From NCBI GenBank assembly GCA_038087875.1, contig CM075999.1:2296001-2360000 (forward strand): a stretch of DNA of 64,000 bases. The letters are read 5' to 3'. The notes beneath the pieces are model-generated. The model was not told where the DNA came from. It searched no databases and saw only the letters and a program-made list of their open reading frames with translations. Below, piece after piece: positions 35,228-48,233 of this stretch. Source of the DNA: Malacoraja senta. Its lineage: Eukaryota. Position 1 is the first letter of the stretch; each line of letters opens with the position of its first letter. Made by a program: the position numbers and the translations under genes.

Positions 35228-37087
35228 GAACCATCTTCAGAAGTGGCGTCAGAAGAAGTGTCTCGACCCAAAACGTCTCCTCTCCATGTTCTCCAGAGAT
35301 GCTGCCTGACCCGCTGAGTTACTCCAGCACTCTTGTGTCCTTTCCAGTTAGATCATGGATTTATCACCAGTAAAGTAGGTTCTATTCCAACAAACGATCT
35401 TACTGCCATTCAGAATTACAGCACCAATAGCAATCACAGACCCGTGATGAATTTAGATTGAGGCCAAACAAAATTGTAGGAACAGCACCTTAGTTCAGTT
35501 TAATTTATTGTCTCGTGTAGCGAGGTACAGTGGCGAAAAAAGTGTGCTTTCCAGTCAGCGGAAAGACAATACATGATTACAATCGAGCCGTTTACAGTGT
35601 ACAGATACACGATAAAGGGAATAACGTTTAGTGCAAGGTAAAGCCAGCAAAGTCCGATCAAGGATAGTCCGAGGGTCACCAATGAGGTTGATAGACATTG
35701 TGCATGATAGTAGTTCAGGACATATTCAGGACAATACGTCCTATTTCTCTTGCGCAGTTTACAACCCAGCTGTATGATTATTGATTTCTCTAACTACAAG
35801 TAACCCTTGCATCCCCTCGCTCCCTATTCCTCCCTCACCCAGGTCGTTGTACGAGTCCCACTGTCATCCTGGTGAGTCTCATTGTCTGCAACTCGTTTTC
35901 ACCCAACCCACGACCAACATTGGCCTCTTTCCTTTATCATCGTTACTTTTTTTGCATATCTTTTATTCATTTGTTCTACATCTCTCTACATCACCGTCTA
36001 TATCCTCTCTTTTTCCCTCTCCCCCAACTCAAGAAGTGTCTCGACCCGAAACGTCACCCATTCCTTCTCTCCAGAGATGCTGCCTGTCCCGCTGAGTTCC
36101 TCCGGCATTTACACAATACAATACAATACAATACCGTTTATTGTCATTTGAACCTCAAATGAAGTTCAAACGAAATTCTGTTTCTGCAGTCATACAACAA
36201 GAAAAGAACCAAGACACAACACAATTTACACAAACATCCATCACAGTGAATCTCCTCCTCACTGTGATGGAAGGCAAAGTCTTGTCTCTCCCCTGCACTC
36301 CCCATTCTTCTCCCGATGTCAAAGTCAAAGCCCCCGGCGGGCGATGGTCAGTAAATCCCGCGGCCATTTTGTGTCTATCTTCAGTTTAAACTAGTTCCTT
36401 CCTGCACATAAATTTAGTGTTGCTCAATCACCAAGTGAAAGCACTCGATCAGAAAATCTTCCCGTCCGTTGTACCCACGGCATATCGTAGCTGCGATTTA
36501 TCCCCCCACACAAGAAAATATATAACGGAGACTGATGCAAGCATTACAGGAAAACACAATAATTCCCATAAAGGTAATCTGCCATTTATAACGCTTGGAG
36601 CTACTCATGTTTAAATGAGGTTATTCATCAACATAGAACATTGCACATTGTTTGGAGGAGAATCTTTAATAAAATTCTCCTGTTGTCTGGGGTGGCAGAT
36701 TTCAGCTGATAGAAAATCAGTGTCATATAATACATATACCATTTTTAAAAAGCTTACTTAGTATTTTCACATTCATCATCAAATGGCCAGTAGCTCAGAG
36801 GCAGAGATAATTCTACATATTTACATCCGTTCATAATGGTAACCTCTAAGCCTTGCAGATCTGACTAGAAGCGATTTGTAGATTGTAACCCCCGAGCTAA
36901 GTGATAGACTTTGCTTTGTGTGAGAGGGTTCGTGCCTCTGGCTTGATCGATGTGCATCAACAGTACAACCGCTTCAGGGCAGGAAGTAAACTAGTTTAAG
37001 AAGGAACTGCAGATGCTGGAAAATCGCAGGTAGACAAAAATGCTGGAGAAACTAGGCAACGTTTCGGGCCGAAACCCTTCTTCAGAC

Positions 37088-37459
37088 CAAGATAGACCAC
37101 TCCTGCTAAATGCAATGGGCTGACGTGTAGTACGCAACGGAGCGGAACGTGGGCCTTTTTTTCATCCATTTCAGTAACCCGACCCGACCCGACCCGACCC
37201 GACCCGACCCGACCCGACTCGCAGTGTAATCAACGTTGTGGGGGAATTGTGTTAATAAATTATAATTCTGAAAATGAGGAGAAGATTTTTACCAAATAAC
37301 TTTTATTTTAACGAGGATGTTTCCGTAACCGGCTTCCGTCTCCGCACTAGTATCTTTGGTGCGGAGACGGAAGCCGGTTACGGAAATGGGGCCGAAAATT
37401 ACCCATGAATCTGCCCATGACCGTACTACGTCTTTTTCTTGCTCGCTATAGGATCTTTG
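37088..37459. mobile_element. hAT-type MITE, family A copy 3, left TIR partly deleted
   Basis: Same body as copies 1 and 2; 8-bp TSD cttcagac at 37080-37087 and 37460-37467. Confidence 0.88.
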
Positions 37460-37689
37460 CTTCAGACTGATGTAGGGTGGGGGGGGGGGGGGGGGGTCGG
37501 GGAGAAGAAAGGATAAAGGAAGAGGAGGAGCCCGAGGGCTGAGGGAGAGCTGAGAAGGGGAGGAGACAGCAAGGGCTACCGGAAATTGGAGGTCAATGTT
37601 TATGCCGCTAGGGTGTAGACTGCCCAAGCGGAATATGAGGTGCTGCTGCTTTCCGGTGGTGCTCACTCTGGCCATGGAGGAGGCCCAGG

Positions 37690-37990
37690 TTTAGCCTAGT
37701 TTAGAGATGCAGCGCGGAAACAGGCCCTTTGCCCCACCAACTCCGTGCCGACCGGCGATCCCCGCACACCAACCCTACCCTACACACACGAGGAACAATT
37801 TACAATTATACCAAACCAAGTAACCTACAAACCTGTACGTCTTTGGAAAGAGGGAGGAAACCGGAGCACCCGGAGAAAACTTACATGGTCATGGGGAGAA
37901 CGTTCAAACTCCATAAGGCAGCACCCGTAGTCGGGATCGAACCCGGGTCTCCGGCGTTGTGAGACAGCAACTTCACCACCGTGCTGCCCT
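37690..37990 (-). mobile_element. V-SINE (HE1-like)
   Basis: Reverse complement of the SINE consensus. Confidence 0.85.
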
Positions 37991-38254
37991 TAAATGCGTG
38001 ACACGTTGTGTCGTCCTTTGACACCTCTTCAAAGATGGCACCTAATCGTCTGCCTCAACATGTACATGCATTGAATTATGTAAAAGTTTGGTAAAAAGAC
38101 ACTAAATGCTGGAGTAACTCAGCGGGACATACAGCATCTCTGGATAAAAGGAATGGGTGACGTCGCGGGTTGAGATCCTTCTTCAGACTCATCTGTGTGT
38201 GAATCACAAATTGAACCCAAAGCTGAAGAAGGGTCCCGACACAAACCATCACCC

Positions 38255-38430
38255 ATCCATGCTGCCTGACCCGCTGAGTTACTCCAGCACTCTGTGAAAC
38301 GTCACCCATCCATGTTCTCCACAGATGCTGCCTGACCCGCTGAGTTACTCCAGCACTCTGTGAAACGTCACCTATCCATGTTCTCCACAGATGCTACCTG
38401 ACCAGCTGAGTTACTCCGGCACTCTGTATC
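38255..38430 (+). repeat. 66-bp tandem array (PLE-derived) between two hammerhead-like motifs
   Basis: About 2.7 units; intact motif CTGAAGAAGGGTTCCGACCCGAAACGTC begins at 38446. Confidence 0.85.
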
Positions 38431-39389
38431 TTTTCTTGGTAAAGTCTGAAGAAGGGTTCCGACCCGAAACGTCATCCAGCCTAATGCAACCCTGTGTTGG
38501 GATTCGTATTACCCTTGCATTTATACTAAAAGAAGACATTGCAAACCTAATCAAGTCAGCAACAAAATACCAATTATTTTAGAAATTAATGATGGAATTT
38601 AAAATTGGAAGTGCATCAAACAGATCAATATCATTTTAATTGACCCCAGGATTTTAGTTTAAGAAATCTCATAATAGGTAAATAATGCAATTTGGTAAAT
38701 TGCATTTTTATTTGATTTGCACAGCTTAAAGTTTTAACTCTTTCTATCTAAAGTAAAAAATACTTCCTATTCATTGAGGATTAAGATTTGTATTTGAAAT
38801 CCATGCTAGGTAGTTTTTATCTCTTTTCTTTGAATTATTTCCATTTTATTTGCCCAAAGACTTATTAATCCCCTGAGGCCTTGATATCTCTGTGGTTTTG
38901 CTTGCTTGAATGGTTTTAAAGTTCAAAACATAGAGGGATATTTTCTACTGGCAAATCTGTTCAGACTTTTGTCTCACTTTGCCAGCTGCAGTATGTCATT
39001 TCCCTTGATCCGCTTCCCCTTTGATCTCACCTTACCTTCCTTGTCTCTCTGCGTCTCCCTTTCCCCTCACTCTCAGTCTGAAGAAGGTTCTCGACCCGTA
39101 ACGTCACCCATTCAATAGACAATAGACAATAGGTGCAGGAGTAGGCCATTCGGCCCTTCGAGCCAGCACCGCCATTCAATGTGATCATGGCTGATCATCC
39201 CCAATCAGTACCCCAATCAGTATTCCTTCTCTCCAGAGATGCCGTCTGTCTCGCTGAGTTACTCCAGCATTTTGTGTCTATCTTCCGATGAATCCATTGA
39301 TTTTAATTACCCGTGTCAGCTCATTTGGGTCATCTTTTCCATCTGCTCTTTCACACGACTCACACCCACTTTGGTAGGAACCCAGCAAC

Positions 39390-40190
39390 AAGTTACGCAA
39401 CCCCCTGGTCAACTCGTCCCTTCCCACCCAAACCACCCCCTCCCCAGGTACTTTCCCCTGCAACCGCAGGAGATGCAACACCTGTCCCTTTACCTCCCCC
39501 CTCGACTCCGTCCAAGGACCCCGACAGTCTTTTCGGGTGAGGCAGAGGTTCACTTGCACCTCCTCCAATCTCACCCATTGTATCCGCTGTTCCAGGTGTG
39601 GACTCCTGTATATCAGCGAGACCAAGCGCACGCTCGCCGATCGTTTCACTGAACATCTCCGATCAGCCCGCCTAAATCTACCTGATCTCCCGGTTGCTCA
39701 GCAGTTTAGCTCCCCCTACCATTCCCAATCTGACCTTTCTGTCCTGGGCCTCCTCCATTGTCAGAGTGAGGCCCAGCGCAAATTGGAGGAACAGCACCTC
39801 ATATTTCACTTGGGCAGCTTACACCCCAGTGGTATGAACATTGACTTCTCAAACTTCAAGTTGCCCTTACTTTCCTTCTCTCTTCATCCCCTCCCCCTTC
39901 TCAGTTCTCCGACCAGTCTGACTGTCTCCGATTACATTTTGTTGTCTCCTTCTCCCAGCTAACGCTGATCTATTCTACATTTTCCTTAATCCTCCATTCC
40001 CTTTGTCCTATTTTCACACCGTACGCTTCCTTATCTATGTATCTCCATCTCCTCTGACATCAGTCTGAAGAAGGGTCTCGACCCAAAATGTCACCCGTTC
40101 TTTCCTTCAGAGATGATGTCCTGTCTCGCTGAGTTACTCCAACATTTTGTGTCTATCTTCAGTTTAAACCGGCATCTGCAATTCCTTCCT
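39390..40190 (+). mobile_element. Penelope-like element 3' end with GIY-YIG endonuclease
   Basis: Peptide RQRFTCTSSNLTHCIRCSRCGLLYISETKRTLADRFTEH...GMNIDFSNF resembles the PLE GIY-YIG domain, followed by a pyrimidine-rich UTR and a degenerate hammerhead at 40065. Confidence 0.9.
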
Positions 40191-41152
40191 CCACAAGGTA
40201 CTACTCTGGGGCAGCACGATGGGTGGCGCAGCGGTAGAGTCGCTGCCTTTCAGCGCCAGAGACCCGGGTTTGATCCTGACCACAGGTGCTGGTTCCGTGC
40301 TGTATTTCTAAACTAAACTAAACTAAATGTGGAGGAAGGAACTGCAGATGCTGGTTTACAATGAAGATAGACACAAAATGCTGGAGTAACTCAGCGGGAC
40401 AGGCGGGCGGCATCTCTGGAGAGAAGGGACCTTGTGCGTGCAATGACATACTCAAACTTGAACTCTAAACCTCGATGCAGCGTTGACGAAACACAGCTTT
40501 CTTCAGCTTTCTGCCTTTTTAGATGCAATCTGAAGAAGGGGACCCAACCTGAAACGTCACTGTCCGTTCTTGCCACAGATGCTGCCTGGCCCGCTGAGTT
40601 CCTCCAGCACTTTGTGTTTCTGCTCAAGCTTCCAGCATCTGCAGTTCCTGGTGTCTCCAGTTGGTTTCCTCTTGATTTGCAGTTGTTTATCCAACATCAT
40701 GTACTTCATTAACTGCAACATGCTTCTGGATCACTAGAGACTTTGGTTCCTTCATTTAATTTCGGATTTTCTGAATGAAGCAAGTTTAAGAGTGACAGAC
40801 ACAAAAAGCTGGAGTAACTGAGCGGGACAGGCAGCATTCCTGGAGAGAGGGAATGGGTGACGTTGAGACCCTTCTTCAGACCGACAGCCAGGGGAGAGGG
40901 AGACACAGAGATATCCAGAGATGCTGCCTGTCCCGCTGAGTTATTCTAGCATTTTGTGTCTATCTTCAGTGTAAACCAGCATCTGTAGTTGCTTCCTACT
41001 TGTTTAAGAGTGCCAGTTCTAGCTCAACACAAGCGGGGACATTTGTTTCCTTGAGCTCAACTACTGCGGTGACAAGACCACCAGATACACTCATCACTGG
41101 TGGTGTCGCATCCAAGACTCCCTCGTACATTCACTCTCAGAGTCATCGAGTC

Positions 41153-41432
41153 AGGCACGGTGGCGCAGCGGTAGAGTTGCTGCCTTACAGGCCTGGAGCC
41201 CCGGGTTCGATCCTGACCTCGGTCGTTCCTGTACGGAGTTCTCCCTGTGACCGTGTGGGTTTTCTCCGGGCGCTCCGGTTTCCTCCCACACTCCAAAGAC
41301 GTACAGGTTTGTACGTTCATTGGCTTCTGTGAAATGCAAATTGGCCCTAGTGCGTAGGATGGTGTTAATGTGCGGGGATCGTTGGTCGGAGTGGCCAAGG
41401 GGCCTGTTTCCGCACTGTATCTCCAAAGTCTA
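41153..41432 (+). mobile_element. V-SINE (HE1-like)
   Basis: A box, B box and V-domain. Confidence 0.87.
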
Positions 41433-42384
41433 AAGTCCCTTCGGCCCACCTTGCCTATGCCAGCCAAGATGCCCCTACACTGAAGTATCTCTCTGGATAC
41501 TTTCAAGGGAGAGCTAGATAGAGCTCTTAAAGATATGGGGAGAAGGCAGGAACGGGGTACTGATTGAGGATGATCAGCCATGATCACATTGAATGGCTCA
41601 AAGGGCCGAATGGCCTACTCCTGCACCTATTGTCTATTGTCTATTGTCTACACTAGTCCCACCTGCCCGCATTTGACCCATATCTCTCTAAACCCTGCCC
41701 ATCCATTGAACTGGCAGTGTGACAACCAAACCCACCACATCCACTCACCACTGGTGGGCTAACACCCAGCCCCTCTCTCTACGCCCCACCATGAGCCCAA
41801 CCTCGCCTCTCGCCGACTCCCACCCCCCTGCTCAAACACTGAACAATGCTTACTCACCCCTTTTCTAATTTCTCCTTTTCTGCTTTGACACCTGCTTCCT
41901 TTTTGTCTGTTGGGGTTGAGTCTCGCTGGAGTCTTCTCAACATTACTGGCGACCAACAAAAGCAGGGTCGTGTTTTTTGACAAGCCCATTCCAAACTGAA
42001 AGCACGAAAGTTCAAGCTGTGGCCGCCACTTCAAAGCCGTGAAACGCAAGTACCCAGGTGTGCGGGCGGTGTTGAGATGGATAGTCCTCCTTGGCCTTTT
42101 GCACTGTATTCCCTGTGGAGTAGCAACAGCATGTTCTACTCTGACATTCAATTCCATTGAAGTCAAGCCTGCAGAGCTGTGCAACTCTTGATCTAGTAAA
42201 GGGCTAATCCCTTGTCAAGGAGTTGTAGGTATTCTGATAAATCCAACCTGAACCTTTAACTGCAAGCAGAGATTCTTTGTTACTACGCTTGGTTTCACTT
42301 CATTTGGGGATTAAAATAGGACAAGATCACTTTCAGTTCTTTAAAATGTTACAGTCCCAATGTGTAATACCTCTGGCTCTCAGT

Positions 42385-42412
42385 CTGAAGAAGGGTCTCG
42401 ACCCGAAACGTC
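42385..42412 (+). ncRNA. Minimal hammerhead ribozyme motif (PLE-derived)
   Basis: CTGAAGAAGGGTCTCGACCCGAAACGTC. Confidence 0.7.
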
Positions 42413-44218
42413 ATCCATTCCTTCTCTCCAGAGACGCTGCCTGTCCCACTGAGTTACTCCAGCATTTTGTGTCTGTCTTCTGTGTAATGTTGAAGCTTGT
42501 AAGCTGGCTCGCATCCATTGTACCAGGATGGACACCACATTTTGGAGAAAAGGAATAGGTGACATTTCAGGTCAAGACCCTTCTTCAGACTGAGAGTCAG
42601 GGGAGAGGGGAAAGTAGGGGAATGGAAAGGTACAGAAGCTTTTCAATGTAAGTACAAGAAAAGAAAGAAGGGTCTCCGTTTAAGAATAAGTGGTAAGCCA
42701 TTTAGAACGGAGACGAGGAAACACTTTTTCTCACAGAGAGTGGTGAGTCTGTGGAATTTTCTGCCTCAGCGGGCGGTGGAGGCCGGTTCTCTGGATACAT
42801 TCAAGAAAGAGCTAGATAGGGCTCTTAAAGATAGCGGAGTCAGGGGATATGGGGAGAAGGCAGGAACGGGGTACTGATTGGGGATGATCAGCCATGATCA
42901 CATTGAATGGCGGTGCTGGCACGAAGGGCCGAATGGCCTACTCCTGCACCTATTGTCTATTGTCTCGACCCGAAACGTCACGCATTCCTTCTCTCCAGAG
43001 AAGCTGCCTGTCCCGCTGAGTTACTGCACCATTTTGTGCCTATGTTCGGTTTAAACCAGCATCTGCAGTTCCTTCCTACACAGAAACGTACAGAACGGGA
43101 GCAGGCCCTTTGACCCAGTTGATATATTCAAGAATAGATAAATATGATAAATATACAATAAACATTGCATACATATTTGGAACCAAAGAACTGCAGATGC
43201 TGGTTTACAACAAAAAAATACACAGAGTGCTGGAGTAACTCAGCGGGTCAGGCAGCATCTCTGGACAACATGGATAGGTGACGTTTTGGGTCGGGACCCG
43301 TCATCAGAACTTGTAAACACTTCACAATGTTTTAAAACCAGCATCTACAGTTCCTTGTTTCCACACTTCACCTGTTCATGTTCTCCGGAGTTGCTGCCTG
43401 ACCCGTTGAATTAATTCAGCACTTTGAGTCATAGGGTGATACAGAGTGGAAACAGGCCCCTTTAGCCCAACTTGCCCACACTGGCCAACATGTCCCAGCT
43501 ACACTCGTCCCACCGGCCATATCCCTCCAAACCTGTCCTATCCATTTACCTGCCTAACTGTTTCTTCAACGATGGGATAGTTAGGCAGAATAGTTACTTT
43601 CTATTTTTCACACAGAGGGTGGTGGGTGTATGGAACTATCCATTTACCTGCCTACCTGCCTCAACTACCTCCCCCCGGCAGCTCGTTCCATACACCCACC
43701 ACCCTCTGTGTGAAAAAGTTACCCCTCAGATTCCTATAAAATCTTTCCCCCCTCACCTTAAACCTATGTCCTCTGGTCCTCGATTCACCTACTCTGGGCA
43801 AGAGTCTCTGTGCATCTACCCGATCTATTCCTCTCGTGATTTTATAAGATCATCTATGCAGAGCGTGATCTCAGGAATGCCTTGTGATGCCTCAACAACC
43901 CAGCATTTCCAATTGCCTAGATGTGAGAGGCGAGCTTCAAAGAGCGTGGCTGCAACTCCTATGCTGCAGACTTTCCCTCTGAACTCTTTGAACTACCGCC
44001 TGTCCTTTGAAGGTTTCAAAGCATGTCCCACTTTTTCTTTCTACGAACACATGAAAATTGACATGGAATGTAGATCCGTTGGAATGATCAATATAGCAAT
44101 GGCATGAGAGAGGTCTAGGCTGCGTGTAAAGTCCCGACATGCAGAAGTCCTAACCATTGAGTCATAGCGTCATCCGTAACAGTTTTCCATTTCTGCCTTT
44201 CTACACCACATTTAGCCT

Positions 44219-44520
44219 GTGGCGACACAGTAGCGCAGTGGTGGCTTTCAGTGCCAGAGACCCCGGTTCGATCCCGACTACGGGTGCTTGTCTGTACGGA
44301 GTTTGTACGTTCTTCCCGTGACCGGCGTGGGTTTTCTCCGAGATCTTCGGTTTTCCTCGCACACTCCAAAGACGTGCAGGTTTGTAGGTTAATTGGCTTG
44401 GTGTAAATGTAAATTGTCCCTTGTGTGTGTAGGATAGTGTTAGTGCGCGGGGATCGCTGGTCGGCACGGACTCGGTTGGGCCGAAGGGCCTGTTTACCGC
44501 GCTGTATCCCTAAATAAAAC
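44219..44520 (+). mobile_element. V-SINE (HE1-like)
   Basis: tRNA head, B box, V-domain and tail. Confidence 0.87.
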
Positions 44521-44770
44521 TGAACTTAAAAGTCAAGAGTGGCGGGCGTTTAATTGCCATGTGCACTCGGCACACAACACTGAACCAACGATAGGCACAA
44601 AAAGCCGGAGTAAGCTGTGATACAACCAGCCACGAAGCCTGGATAGAGTGGATGTGGAGAGGATGTCTCCACTAGTGGGAGAGTCTAGGACCAGAGGTCA
44701 CAGCCACGGAAGCTTGGTCAGCACGGACCCGGTGGGCCGAAGGGCTTCTTTCCGTGCTGTATCCCCAAAC

Positions 44771-44950
44771 CAGGGGTTCCCAACCTTTTTCCGTCCCGTT
44801 TACCCCTGGCAACTTTAATACCACATAACAATGTTCTTTCACTTACCAGAGCCAAACACAGTCAGTCAAATCCAGAATCAACAAATCTACCCCCTGGGAA
44901 GGCGAACTTTACCCCCTGGGGGTAAATCTACCCCAGTTTGGGAACCCTTG
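44771..44950. mobile_element. hAT-Charlie-type MITE
   Basis: TIRs caggggttcccaac / tttgggaacccttg; degenerate 8-bp TSD ccccaaac and ctctaaac; subterminal tacccc motifs. Confidence 0.8.
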
Positions 44951-45439
44951 CTCTAAACTCAAGCTGAACTAAGCATCCGAGGTCAGGATGGAACCCGGGT
45001 CTCTGGCGCTGTGAGGCAGCAGCTCTACCACTGCGCCACCGTGCCGCCCTAAAACCGTGAGTGTATAAAACCGTGTGAAGATCAGCGGCCTGGTCTCAGG
45101 AGCAACGCGCTGCGTCCACGGAAGAGGTTTTGAAGCAAACGAACTGAAAATAACAAGGAATATTTCTGAAGGGTTGTGGAACTCCTCGGCCTCAGTTGTG
45201 ACACTTTGATCACTGTTCTGCATCTAATACATAGCACCAGTGTGAAAAAGATGCCACTTTCTCCGTCTGCCGTCGGGGGCAAAGAGAGTTTAATTAGGAA
45301 GCATCTGACAGTATTGTCACTTGCTGTCAGAGTGGTGGAACATCAGCTGCATTACCAGTGTCTTCGGAATGCTATTTATCACCTCAGAAGGTGAGGAATT
45401 TTTCTCACTGCTGCAGTTTTCAGTAAAGATCCCTCTCAT

Positions 45440-46070
45440 TTGGAACAGCCGCGGTTCACCTCCTCCAACCTCATCTTCTGTATCCGCTGTTCCAGGTGTG
45501 GACTGCTATACACCGGCGAGACCACGCGCAGGCTGGGCGATCGTTTCGCTGAACACCTTCGCTCAGTCCGCCTTGGCCTACGCGATCTCCTGCTTGCCAA
45601 ACACTTTAACTCCCCCTCCCATTCCCAAACTCACCTCTCTGTCCTGGGCCTCCTCCACCGTCAGAGTGAGGCCGCAGGCAATTTGGAGGAACAGCACCTC
45701 ACATTTTGCCTGGACAGCTTGGGCACCCCAGCGGTATGAACATTGACATCTCTAACTTCAAGTACCCCTTGCATTTCCTTTCTCTCCGTCCCTCCCCCCA
45801 CACTAATCATCCTGCTAGTTCCACTGTTCGTATCCCTTCGTTATCACCTCTTACACAGCCAACAATGGACCATTGTGGGCTCCACCTTTCCTTGATCATC
45901 GGTGCTGGCTCTGATGAATTATTTTCCTCACCTTTCATTCGTTTGTTCTTTGTACCTTCTCATACCTCTAGTTTCCCTCTCCCCTGACTCTCAGTCTGAA
46001 GAAGGGTCTTGACCTGAAACGTCAGCTATTCCTTCTCTCCAGAGATTCTGCCTGACCCACTGAGTTACAC
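45440..46070 (+). mobile_element. Penelope-like element 3' end with GIY-YIG endonuclease
   Basis: Peptide SSNLIFCIRCSRCGLLYTGETTRRLGDRFAEHLRS and hammerhead motif at 45996. Confidence 0.88.
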
Positions 46071-46218
46071 AGCTACAGGTATACTTTAGTTTATTGTCAC
46101 GTGTACCGAGGTACAGTGAAAAGCTTTTGTTGCGTGCTAACCAGTCAGCGGAAAGATAATACACGATTACAATCGAGCCGTTTACAGTGTATAGATACAT
46201 GATAAGGGAATAACGTTT

Positions 46219-46620
46219 AGACAATAGACAATAGACAATAGACAATAGACAATAGACAATAGACAATAGGTGCAGGAGTAGGCCATTCGGCCCTTCGAGC
46301 CAGCACCGCCATTCGATGTGATCATGGCTGATCATCCCCAATCAGTACCCCATTCCTGCCTTCTCCCCATATCCCCTGACTCCGCTATCTTTAAGAGCCC
46401 TATCTAGCTCTCTCTTGAAAGCATCCAGAGAACCGGCCTCCACCGCCCTCTGAGGCAGAGAATTCCACAGACTCACCGCTCTCTGTGAGAAAAGGTGTTT
46501 CCTCGTCTCCGTTCTAAATGGCTTACTCTTTATTCTTAAACTGTGTGGCCCCTGGTTCTGGACTCCCCCCAACATCGGGAACATGTTTCCTGCCTCTAGC
46601 GTGTCCAAGCCCTTAACAAT
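46219..46620 (-). mobile_element. CR1 LINE 3' fragment, (CTATTGT)n subfamily
   Basis: Seven-copy agacaat tail and ORF2 C-terminus. Confidence 0.9.
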
Positions 46621-46681
46621 ATTATGGGAATAACGTTTAGTGCCAGGTGAAGCCAGCAAAGTCCGATCAAGGATAGTCCGA

Positions 46682-47027
46682 TGTACACAAAAATGCTGGA
46701 GAAACTCAGCGGGTGCAGCAGCATCTATGGAGCGAAGGAAATGGGCAACGTTTCGGGACGAAACCCTTAAGGAAATAGGCAACGTTTCGGGCTGAAACCC
46801 TTAAGGAAATAGGCAACGTTTCGGGACGAAACCCTTAAGGAAATAGGCAACGTTTCGGGCTGAAACCCTTAAGGAAATAGGCATCGTTTCGGGCCGAAAC
46901 CCTTAAGGGTTTCGGCCCGAAACGTTGCCTATTTCCTTCGCTCCATAGATGCTGCTGCACCCGCTGAGTTTCTCCAGCATTTTTGTCTACCTTCGATTTT
47001 CCAGCATCTGCAGTTCCTTCTTTAACA
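46682..47027. mobile_element. PLE-derived palindromic element with internal 34-bp array
   Basis: Arms inverted about a TTAA centre at 46903-46906; five 34-bp units; 14-bp TSD caaggatagtccga at 46668-46681 and 47028-47041. Confidence 0.88.
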
Positions 47028-48205
47028 CAAGGATAGTCCGAGGTAGCTCTTTGACTCTTTGTCACTTCGCACTGCGCTGAAAACAATCCTTCTTTTAACT
47101 TCAACCCGATGTCTGAAAAAGGCTGAAGTGAAATGCCTTAAGGTGAGGTGTTTTTAAAAAAAAAATCTGCCCTAAAAATAAAAACCTTAAGAAAACATGC
47201 TTGCACTGTAGTCGACGGCACAGGGAGAAACGTTTGCATTGACAGCAGAAAATTAATTCCGTTGCAGCCCACTGCTGCAAGAACCATGCTCCAGAGATCA
47301 TTTTTTTAATTCAGGCGACTGAATGCAAAAACATTGTCCGTTTTCGAGGGAGCGAGCCGTGCCAACATTCTTTCAGCAGAATCTTGCCTCAGCTGGTCTG
47401 CTCCGTCAAGCGCCGGTACAAAGCATTCCTGCTACGCCTGCCTCCCTCTGTTGCTCGCGCGCGCAGGGGAATTTCTGAAACAATGACATTTTTTCAGGGA
47501 TCATTGGAGAATAAAGTATTTGTGACCATGTTGAAGTCCTCCTAATAAAGCCCACATACTGCACATGACTGCTCCGAATGGCTCCGTGGGTGAGTTAGCA
47601 CGCGGCAGCTGCGGCTCCAGCAGACGTCCTTGCTTGCCTGACCCCACAAAATCCCGCCACCTTCCCTGCTCTCTATACAAATGGTATTCAGAGCAGTATC
47701 CAGTCCTTCGAACTGTACAACTCCTCCCCACTCTGCCGTGTGGTAGACTGACTCCCCTTCCAACCCCCCCCCCCCCCCCCCAATCCTTGCACATCCCCAA
47801 TCCTGGATTCTCCACTTGTCACTTTAATTTCATGGTTCATGTATCTTGTTGAGTTTTTATGACTGTTGGCAGATCAATTTCCCTCCTGGGATCAATAAAG
47901 TTCTATCGTATCGTAACATCGGGAACAATGCAGAGAGTTTCAAAGCAACAAAGGCGAGAGTTGACCTTACGTTTGTCTTCTCTATGAATGATGCCTCTGC
48001 TCCCACTTCATCCCCACCACCAAAATATACCGCCGTGTTCTACTGGTCAAGCTACCTCGGAGTTTGAAAAGTAACTTGTCATTTGGGAGGAGAGGCAAGG
48101 AATTGTGGATGCTGGTTTACAAAGTGCTGGAGTAACTCTGTGAGTCACACAGCATCTCTGGACAACATGGATAGGTGACAGTTTGGGTCAGGGTCCTTCA
48201 TCAGT

Positions 48206-48233
48206 CTGAAGAAGGGTCTCGACCCGAAACGTC
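48206..48233 (+). ncRNA. Minimal hammerhead ribozyme motif (PLE-derived)
   Basis: CTGAAGAAGGGTCTCGACCCGAAACGTC, back to back with a degenerate CTGATGA copy on the minus strand. Confidence 0.7.
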
